A stretch of 64,000 bases of DNA, from IMG/VR virus record IMGVR_UViG_3300044638_004964, positions 1 to 64,000 of that record. One strand, 5' to 3'. Made by a program: the position numbers and the translations under genes. The notes beneath the pieces are model-generated. The model was not told the origin of the DNA, did not search any database, and saw nothing but the letters and a program-made list of their open reading frames with translations. Positions 56,658 through 64,000 of the stretch are shown here, in pieces (within the stretch, counting starts at the first letter, position 1; each line of letters opens with the position of its first letter). This DNA comes from a virus.

Positions 56658-57642
56658 TATAAAAAGGATAATCAACTGCTGTAATAGAGATATTAATGCG
56701 GGATTTAATATATTAACGTTTCCAACCCACGAAAGATATGAAAGTCAGTTAGCAAAAACTGGGCATAATTTTTATTCATTCAATATCAAGGATGGCAAAA
56801 AGTGGAATAGGGAACAAATAACTCCTCCAGAAAATTATCATATTCTTCCAGAAGGATATATTTGCGAATACATACCTTATGATTTTATTTTGGTGCAAAG
56901 TAAATTTTGGCAATATCAAGTCGCACAGCAAATTAATCAAACTCTGATGCTTCCGATAATTGTATTAGAACACACTTTACCAACACCGCAGACAATATCA
57001 GAACAAAATATACAAATAATGAAAAAAATGGTAGGAGATATTAATATTTTTATCTCTGAATATTCTCAAAAAGAATGGAATATAGAAGCTGCATCTAATG
57101 TTATTCATCATGGCATAGATACTAATACTTTTAAGCCATTGGATTTGGATAAAGAAAATACCATACTGACTGTTGCTAATAATTTTGTTAATCGTGATTA
57201 CTGTCTAAATTATAGCGGGTGGAAAAGAGTAACTAATGGATTACCAGTAAAATTGATTGGGGACACAAAAGGATTATCAGTATCAGCTTCGTCTACAGAT
57301 GAACTTGTTGAGGAATACAATAAGTGCGCTGTTTATTTTAATAGTTCAACAATTAGTCCAATCCCAACATCTTTACTTGAAGCCATGTCTTGCGGTTGTG
57401 CCATTGTGTCCACTGCAACCTGTATGATACCAGAAATTATACAGAATGGAATAAATGGATTTATATCAAACGATGAAGAAGAATTGAAAGGCTATATTAA
57501 AATATTACTAGAGGATGAAAACTTGAGAAAGAAAATCGGAAATGAAGCTAGAAATACTATACTAGAAAAGTTTTCTCAAGATACATTCATAAACCAATGG
57601 AATAACGTGTTCAATAAAATTTACGAGGTTTCTACAAAATGA
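56647..57642 (+). CDS. glycosyltransferase family 4
   Basis: IHHGIDTNTF, PTSLLEAMSCG, IQNGING. Confidence 0.85.
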   Translation: MINSIKRIINCCNRDINAGFNILTFPTHERYESQLAKTGHNFYSFNIKDGKKWNREQITPPENYHILPEGYICEYIPYDFILVQSKFWQYQVAQQINQTLMLPIIVLEHTLPTPQTISEQNIQIMKKMVGDINIFISEYSQKEWNIEAASNVIHHGIDTNTFKPLDLDKENTILTVANNFVNRDYCLNYSGWKRVTNGLPVKLIGDTKGLSVSASSTDELVEEYNKCAVYFNSSTISPIPTSLLEAMSCGCAIVSTATCMIPEIIQNGINGFISNDEEELKGYIKILLEDENLRKKIGNEARNTILEKFSQDTFINQWNNVFNKIYEVSTK

Positions 57643-58067
57643 AAATTCATATAACAGAGAATATTGAAAATATAATTGAGGGCTATAATATGTCTCCTAT
57701 TATATATGGAAAAGTAGATATAGATAAATATCCAGATAATTCTGTAACAGAAATTATAGCCATAGACGCTATAGGTTCTATTCCAGTAGAATTATTGAGT
57801 AATTTCTTAGATCAAGTTGTTAAAAAGATGAGAATGGGTTGTACTATGACTATTGGTGGCATTGAATTGGGCTTATTAGCCAGAAATGTTGTTAATGGAA
57901 GAGTAAATAGTGAAACATTCAATGGCTTGGTATTTAAAAATAAATCTATATTTAGTTCTGTGGATATTGTTAATATGTTAACACAACGTAATCTTGTTAT
58001 AGACAACGTAAACATAATAGGAAATAATTATGAAATCAAGACCTCAAGACCCACAAATAAAAACTAA
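57639..58067 (+). CDS. degenerate methyltransferase-fold protein
   Basis: YPDNSVTEI...FLDQVVKKMRMG resembles class I MTase elements but lacks the GxG motif. Confidence 0.35.
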   Translation: MKIHITENIENIIEGYNMSPIIYGKVDIDKYPDNSVTEIIAIDAIGSIPVELLSNFLDQVVKKMRMGCTMTIGGIELGLLARNVVNGRVNSETFNGLVFKNKSIFSSVDIVNMLTQRNLVIDNVNIIGNNYEIKTSRPTNKN

Positions 58068-58767
58068 TTGCAAAACTTGTCAGTGTGCTATATATGAAAA
58101 TAATACTCAGATAGGATGTTCTTTTAATAGAATACAAAAGTTTGGCGACAATGTAATCGAAGCATACGATGATGAAAAAGAATTCTATATCATCAAACGT
58201 TTCTGTAATTATTTTAGAAATCAGAATTGGAATAATGGCGTTTTAGATCTTGAGAAAATTAAGCATGAGTCATCTGTAAGTTTTGATATTATTATTGATT
58301 GCAGCAATCTAGATACGGAGATGGATACTGAAAGCGTTATACAAATATTGAGTGATATGAACTATTATACAAATAAAGTAAATATCATACTTTTGCATCT
58401 CACATCGTGCGATAAAAATATCAGAAAAAATATTTTCAAGGTGTTCTGCTCTAAAAAGTGTCAAATTGTTGAAACTGTTGACTTAAGTGAATATCTGCAT
58501 TCTTTTGCAATTTCTTCAAAGTCAACGTATCATATCTTGGTAGATATGTCCAACAAGTCGCAACTATTGAAACTACATAAATTAAATGATGCAATCAATG
58601 ATGACATTAAGCAAGCTATAGTATTCAATATAAACACAGTTAGGGCTATATCAAATATTGTCTATAGAATAGAAAGTTTGTCAAACGAACAGTCCGATTA
58701 CAAAGTTAATGTATCCAGCATTGTTAAGAAATCTTTAGAATCCAATTTATCAATAGATATATTATGA
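58030..58767 (+). CDS. hypothetical protein in glycosylation cluster
   Basis: N-terminal CKTCQC...C...C; ORF track. Confidence 0.55.
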   Translation: MKSRPQDPQIKTNCKTCQCAIYENNTQIGCSFNRIQKFGDNVIEAYDDEKEFYIIKRFCNYFRNQNWNNGVLDLEKIKHESSVSFDIIIDCSNLDTEMDTESVIQILSDMNYYTNKVNIILLHLTSCDKNIRKNIFKVFCSKKCQIVETVDLSEYLHSFAISSKSTYHILVDMSNKSQLLKLHKLNDAINDDIKQAIVFNINTVRAISNIVYRIESLSNEQSDYKVNVSSIVKKSLESNLSIDIL

Positions 58768-59501
58768 TTAAAAATAAGTGTATAACGTCTCCCAAAGCTA
58801 AAAAAGCAATACAAAAAAATTCAGATTTTATCACTGTTATTTTACTGTGTGATTCTCCGGGATATAGAATGAGGTCTTATGGGCCAACTTCTCTGATCTC
58901 CATATCTAATAAAAAACTAATAGATATTCAAATAGAAGCGATAAAACAAACATTTGATAATTTTGAAATAATATTGTGTGTTGGCTTTGATGCTGAAAAA
59001 ATTTGTAAATATGTTAGATCGAAGTATTTTAATTTAAATATAAGGTTAGTAGAGAATCAGCTATTTAAGAATTCTAACTCATGTGAGGCAGCTAGACTAA
59101 CCATGAACAATACTAACAACACAAAAATAGTTATGTGCGACGGTAATTTATTACTTAATTCCAACGTATTGTCTATGGTTGAGGATGTTGATTCGTGCGT
59201 TTTTACAGAATCGTCGCCATGCGTAAATTTGGAAGTTGGCCTAAATATAGATGAAAAAAATCAAGTGCAATATTTTTCATTTGGTGCGCATAAAACTTGG
59301 TCAGAAATACTATACTTAAATAATATAGAGATTATTGAAACATTTAGAAAAATTGTATCCTCTCAGGACTATAAGAATAAGTTTATTTTTGAAGCACTTA
59401 ATGAGCTTATTAAAACTAAACACAAGTTAAGATGCTTTACTAACGATAAAAGCGTCAAGAAAATAAACAACATTAAAACATATCATTCAATAACGAGGTA
59501 G
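58764..59501 (+). CDS. sugar-phosphate nucleotidyltransferase-like protein
   Basis: VILLC..PGYRMRSYGPTSLI, CVGF, VEN..F..SNS (LicC/NTP-transferase-like, divergent). Confidence 0.65.
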   Translation: MIKNKCITSPKAKKAIQKNSDFITVILLCDSPGYRMRSYGPTSLISISNKKLIDIQIEAIKQTFDNFEIILCVGFDAEKICKYVRSKYFNLNIRLVENQLFKNSNSCEAARLTMNNTNNTKIVMCDGNLLLNSNVLSMVEDVDSCVFTESSPCVNLEVGLNIDEKNQVQYFSFGAHKTWSEILYLNNIEIIETFRKIVSSQDYKNKFIFEALNELIKTKHKLRCFTNDKSVKKINNIKTYHSITR

Positions 59502-60358
59502 TGATGAAAGTATTAGTAGAAAATTATTCATCTGTATATTGCACAGAACCTTTGTATCTAAGCACAACCATAGACTCTATAGACGGCTGTTCCTCTGCTA
59601 TATTTCCGTCTGATAGCAAGATGAGTGTTTATGATAAATTTGACTTAAGTAAGCCAAATGTCTACATAACACACGCGATGTTGTTAAACAATGATATTAT
59701 ATCTTATCTTGTGGAAAATAAAGGTATCGATATTATTATGAATATTAGCGGTTTAGATCAAGAGCAATTATCTCAAGCTGAGAAATTGTTTTTGTATCAT
59801 AATCTCAAACCCCTTTTATTTTTTATCAATTATTCTCATCATGGCCTTGTTAGTAAAAATTTTAATATTTTTACACTCCCACACTGTGCAGATATATACT
59901 TAGGCGTGAATAAGAAGATGACATATAATATAGAAAATGGTATTTTGGTTTCTGATAAATCTCAAATATCAAAAAGAGAAGGAACCTATCACTATATAGC
60001 AATCAATAGGAGTTTGAGTAACGATGTTGATATTTGTATGTCAACTATTCAGTTATCAAATATTTACGCAAATTATGATCGCCTAGTAATTAAACCTTTT
60101 AAAAAAATAGTCCCTCAATATTTCTATGATGCTGTATTTTATGGAAAATCGGTTGTTTATGAAACCGACAAAGCTGATGATCCAATGATAGATATTCTAA
60201 GGGCGGCATTCAAAGATTTAGATCCACAAGCTCTAAAAACAACCGTAAAAAGTAAACATACATGTTTAAATAGAACAAAATCATTATTGTCGCAATTGCC
60301 ATGCAACGATATTGTCATTAAACTAGGCAAAATGATGGAGACAATACAATGGGAGTAA
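59501..60358 (+). CDS. hypothetical protein in glycosylation cluster
   Basis: ORF track; C-terminal KHT..NR resembles GT-B ends. Confidence 0.5.
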   Translation: MMKVLVENYSSVYCTEPLYLSTTIDSIDGCSSAIFPSDSKMSVYDKFDLSKPNVYITHAMLLNNDIISYLVENKGIDIIMNISGLDQEQLSQAEKLFLYHNLKPLLFFINYSHHGLVSKNFNIFTLPHCADIYLGVNKKMTYNIENGILVSDKSQISKREGTYHYIAINRSLSNDVDICMSTIQLSNIYANYDRLVIKPFKKIVPQYFYDAVFYGKSVVYETDKADDPMIDILRAAFKDLDPQALKTTVKSKHTCLNRTKSLLSQLPCNDIVIKLGKMMETIQWE

Positions 60359-61101
60359 CAGTTATATTAAGTGGATATAAAAGACCATATACTTTACAGG
60401 CTCAATATGATGCTATATTAAGGCAGACTTATAGACCACAATCTATAATGTTATGGGTGAATGTAGTAGAAGATCTAAGTAACTATCCCCAAGAAGTTAT
60501 TAATAATTGTGAATCAATTGTTTCTAATGGTAATTATGGGGTATGGGGAAGATTCTCAATGGCTCTCAATGCTAGAACGGACTTTATCAATATTATAGAT
60601 GATGATACCATTCCCGGCGACAGATGGTTAGAGAATTGTATCAATACAGTAAATATTCAAGATGGTATTTTGGCAACTAGGGGCGTTATAGCAGATAAGC
60701 AAAATGATAAGAGTTATCCAGCACCTCAAAGTTATAAAGCTATTGGATGGTGTGACCCTAACGAAGAAACAACTAGAGTTGATATGGGTTGTCATTCTTG
60801 GTTTTTCGCCAAACCAATTCTAAGAGCATTTTGGGCTGAGATGCCACTTAATATTCCAATGAATTATGGCGAAGATATGCATCTATCATATATTGCTCAA
60901 AAACATTTTGGATTATTTACATACGTTCCCCCACACCCAAAAGATAATAAAGAGTTGTGGGGATCTATGCCAGATACAGCATCTAAGTATGGAGAGGACA
61001 AAGCGGCCATATCTTGGAGTGGAGAAGCTAATGCTGGAATGAATAGATACTGGAATTTTATTAGGAATAACGGTTATAAAACTATAGCAGATGAATCATG
61101 A
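60349..61101 (+). CDS. glycosyltransferase family 2 (GT-A)
   Basis: VTVILSGYKR, IIDDDT, GEDMHLS. Confidence 0.8.
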   Translation: MGVTVILSGYKRPYTLQAQYDAILRQTYRPQSIMLWVNVVEDLSNYPQEVINNCESIVSNGNYGVWGRFSMALNARTDFINIIDDDTIPGDRWLENCINTVNIQDGILATRGVIADKQNDKSYPAPQSYKAIGWCDPNEETTRVDMGCHSWFFAKPILRAFWAEMPLNIPMNYGEDMHLSYIAQKHFGLFTYVPPHPKDNKELWGSMPDTASKYGEDKAAISWSGEANAGMNRYWNFIRNNGYKTIADES

Positions 61102-61835
61102 AACTAACTACTCCACCAAATAAAAGTTACCAAGAAGATATCAAGATATTCCATAAAGCATTGCTAAATAAAGAAAACTTTAGTTTTTCCAAGTTCTGCG
61201 ATGGAGAATGGGCTGTTATAAAAAATCAAGCAATAAATAATAAAGAATTTTGGTTTGATCCAAACAATGCTAAAGATCAATATAAACGATCTAGTTTAAT
61301 AAACGCTTTCCAGTTTGATCACCCAAATTATTTTGTTGGAGTAACTTGCGTTAATGTATTCGGATTAGAAACTCACAAAGCAATGAAGCAAATATGCGGG
61401 CTTCCAGAATATAGATTGACATGGGCAGATATTTGGGTAAACTCAAATTATTCATTTTATCTCAGAAATATAATTCCAATTTATAGAGAAAGACAAACAG
61501 TTTTATTTTGCAATTCTCAGTCTCAAGTATCTAATTTACCATTTGAGCCAAGAGCAGTATTCAATATCTCTTATAATGCTTGGGAAAACGATTGGTCAAC
61601 AATAGAAGAAGCGAAGAAATATATTACTCAGAATAATATACAAGATCATATTTTCTTGTTTTGTTGCGGTCCTTTTGGTAATATACTATGTCATCAATTA
61701 ACACAATTTAATGATAGAAATACATATTTAGATATAGGATCGACATTAAATCCTTTATTGAAATCCGCTGGATTTGAGAGAGACTATTATATGGGCAACA
61801 ACTTTTTTTCAAACTTAATAGGAGCTTGGGAATGA
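61098..61835 (+). CDS. GT-D fold (DUF1792)-like glycosyltransferase
   Basis: FSFSKFCDGE (cf. RFGDGE), LFCCGP, YLDIGS (cf. IDIG). Confidence 0.6.
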   Translation: MKLTTPPNKSYQEDIKIFHKALLNKENFSFSKFCDGEWAVIKNQAINNKEFWFDPNNAKDQYKRSSLINAFQFDHPNYFVGVTCVNVFGLETHKAMKQICGLPEYRLTWADIWVNSNYSFYLRNIIPIYRERQTVLFCNSQSQVSNLPFEPRAVFNISYNAWENDWSTIEEAKKYITQNNIQDHIFLFCCGPFGNILCHQLTQFNDRNTYLDIGSTLNPLLKSAGFERDYYMGNNFFSNLIGAWE

Positions 61836-62317
61836 ATCTAGGAATTTATATCAATAGTCTTGATAATCATGCTCAATTAAAACATGTGGCAAAAATAATT
61901 AATAATTCACTAGGATCAGAGATTAATGATGCTAGCATATTTTTTGACGGTGTTGCTAGCGTTCCATTTAAAATAGATTGTGGGCTTTTCAATTCAACAG
62001 ATTTATGGAATTTTAATGGATGCTTAATAACAACATCTTTGGACAATGCTTTTACAGCACTTAAAATAGTCAACAATATAGAACTGTTTTATTATTATAA
62101 TTGGGGAGAGAATAAAAATATTCTTTCTTTAATCAAACTACTTAAGAATAACGTCAAGGTTATATGTAGAAACCAAGAAGATGCTGATGAATTATATAGA
62201 CTAACAGGAAAAAAATGCGTAGGAATTTCTGAAGACTTCGATAATATAGTTACTATCATAGCGGAGAATACTGATGGACGATTTAAAGATCGTGAAAATG
62301 TATGTAGATCAGCATAA
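61832..62317 (+). CDS. hypothetical protein in glycosylation cluster
   Basis: AGGAG SD; ATGA overlap. Confidence 0.55.
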   Translation: MNLGIYINSLDNHAQLKHVAKIINNSLGSEINDASIFFDGVASVPFKIDCGLFNSTDLWNFNGCLITTSLDNAFTALKIVNNIELFYYYNWGENKNILSLIKLLKNNVKVICRNQEDADELYRLTGKKCVGISEDFDNIVTIIAENTDGRFKDRENVCRSA

Positions 62318-63041
62318 GAGTACATACGAAATTGCTGAAGAATGCAATACTTATCCAAATAAGATAAGGCGTATTCTTTTAAAGAATGGCGTTGCGCTCA
62401 AAACTAAAAGTGAGGCGCAAAAGAATGCTATTGAGCAAGGCACAGCTATTCATCCAACTAGTGGTAAAAAAAGAACAGATACTGAAAAACTAAAAATCAG
62501 TTCTGGTCTTCAAAAATATTGGGATAATATGAGTGAAGAATTATATGACTGTAGAATTAAGCAAGCTAAAACAAGATGGCAGAATATGTCAGAAGTTGAG
62601 AAAGATAATATGCTTTCATCAGCAATTAAAGCTATTCAATTAGCTGGCAAAGAAGGATCTAAATTAGAAAAATATTTACAAGCAGAATTGGGCAATGCTG
62701 GCTATAGGATTGAGTATCATAAAAAGGGCTTGATAGTCAATGAAAATCTAGAAATCGACATGTACATCCCAGCACTCAAGACTATAATAGAGATAGACGG
62801 ACCATCCCACTTTCTTCCAATATGGGGAGAAGAAAAACTGCAAAAACAAATTAAAGCAGATTTTCATAAAACAGGCTTGATTCTAAATAAGGGCATGGTA
62901 ATTATTAGGGTTAAGAACTTGTCAGATTCTGTATGTTTGGCAAGCAAAGAAAAATTGAGGCTTGACATTCTTAAGCAGTTGAGTAAGATAGAGAAGTCGT
63001 TCCCAAGTAAATCAGAAAGGTACATTGAGATAGAAATATGA
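62274..63041 (+). CDS. HTH/NUMOD3 plus Vsr-like endonuclease
   Basis: KSTYEIAEE HTH; GKKRTDTEKLKIS; EIDMYIP, IEIDGPSH. Confidence 0.65.
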   Translation: MDDLKIVKMYVDQHKSTYEIAEECNTYPNKIRRILLKNGVALKTKSEAQKNAIEQGTAIHPTSGKKRTDTEKLKISSGLQKYWDNMSEELYDCRIKQAKTRWQNMSEVEKDNMLSSAIKAIQLAGKEGSKLEKYLQAELGNAGYRIEYHKKGLIVNENLEIDMYIPALKTIIEIDGPSHFLPIWGEEKLQKQIKADFHKTGLILNKGMVIIRVKNLSDSVCLASKEKLRLDILKQLSKIEKSFPSKSERYIEIEI

Positions 63042-63802
63042 ATACCACACAAGATGAAGATTTGTTCGTTGGTGTCGAATTGCAAACAGCTTCCAATACT
63101 GACACATCCGTTAAGAATGTTGCTCAATCCAATATTCCATCAATGCTTTCGTCAGAATGGCATGATTACGCAATGACATTGTTTGATCCATCAGAATTGA
63201 TTGATGGTCATCCTCTAGTCGCTGGTCTAAGGCGAGTGTCAGAGCTTGTACTTGGTCCAATTGTTTTTAGCGGACCAACACAGGTCTTTCCAGTTCAAAG
63301 AGAAGATCATCATGGTCGAGCAACTGTTGTATTCTCAGTAGAATTTGCAAATGGCATGAGATATGCTGAAGTTGCTGATTCTTGGGAAGGTAATACCGAT
63401 GATATGTTCTGTGCGTTCGCGGTTGCTATCGCCAGCACAAGAGCAGAAGCTAGAGCTTTGCGAAAGGCTCTCAAGATTAAGGGTGTTGCTGCCGAAGAAC
63501 TTACTAAGAAGGATACCGCGAAGATCGTTCGTGATATCTCTAACACAAAGGCGAGTAGCGATGGAGATTATAATGAACAAAGTCGCATGAGCGATGCACA
63601 ATATAACTTCATGGATATAAAGTGTAAGCAACTCAATATTGATGGACAGAAACTATTCAAAGAATTTAATGTTGATAGTGGCAAGAAGGTATCTAAGAAA
63701 GTCGCTAGTGATATTATTGATAGACTCAATGATTACCAGCGGGACAAAAACTCAATTCCAGCATCTATAACAGGTTATAAAGAAGGGTGGCGTGACTCAT
63801 GA
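63038..63802 (+). CDS. hypothetical protein, possibly Rad52/Sak-like annealing fold
   Basis: ATVVFSV...AIASTRAEARALRKAL...AEE; C-terminal SDAQ...ASDII..L. Confidence 0.4.
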   Translation: MNTTQDEDLFVGVELQTASNTDTSVKNVAQSNIPSMLSSEWHDYAMTLFDPSELIDGHPLVAGLRRVSELVLGPIVFSGPTQVFPVQREDHHGRATVVFSVEFANGMRYAEVADSWEGNTDDMFCAFAVAIASTRAEARALRKALKIKGVAAEELTKKDTAKIVRDISNTKASSDGDYNEQSRMSDAQYNFMDIKCKQLNIDGQKLFKEFNVDSGKKVSKKVASDIIDRLNDYQRDKNSIPASITGYKEGWRDS

Positions 63803-64000
63803 AAATTTCATATACAACAAAGAATGGTAGAATCCAAGCAGAGTTTAATGGTGAATCAGCTAAGGATCTATTTACAGATATTAACAGATTCCAAGAAGTC
63901 TTTGAGGAAGATACTTGCGGAAAGTGTGGCAACACTGATGTAAAGTACGTTGTTCGAACTGTCGATGATAACCAGTACTACGAACTTCGCTGTGGTAGTC
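63799..64000 (+). CDS. zinc-ribbon protein (3' partial)
   Basis: MKISYTT...CGKCG...YELRC runs off the window end. Confidence 0.6.
   Translation, partial: MKISYTTKNGRIQAEFNGESAKDLFTDINRFQEVFEEDTCGKCGNTDVKYVVRTVDDNQYYELRCGS

Noticed and set aside
1-64000. Alternative genetic code (stop-codon reassignment)
   Set aside because: Conserved genes are full length in the standard code, and TAA, TGA and TAG all occur as genuine gene ends

Overview
64 kb of an AT-rich, gene-dense large (jumbo-type) dsDNA bacteriophage genome. Essentially all real genes are on the + strand and read in the standard code. 1-11 kb: small early-type ORFs behind a family of sigma70-like promoters, a tRNA-Arg(UCU), a complete tmRNA (tag GEVTLALAA), two candidate structured RNAs and exported proteins. 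11-23 kb: thyX, rIIA/rIIB, guaC, dCMP deaminase, SSB and a deaminase/NDT/glycosyltransferase operon. 23.5-31.5 kb: phage sigma factor, then a late-type block with a membrane PAS protein, holin-like protein, papain-like protease, a poly-Thr/LamG fibre and a lipoprotein. 31.5-53 kb: nrdAB, dut, phoH, recA, dnaB, dnaG, dNMP kinase, Cas4-like nuclease and a DNA polymerase III alpha split into two intein-less genes with the DnaQ exonuclease and two homing endonucleases between them. 53-62 kb: a large glycosylation cluster. The most notable items are the split DnaE, about ten glycosyltransferases (including a GT-D-like one) alongside a mucin-like poly-Thr fibre, and a possible PAS-gated lysis cassette. 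A Planctomycete-like, GC-richer host is inferred, not shown. All family calls come from motif recognition by eye; no searches were run.
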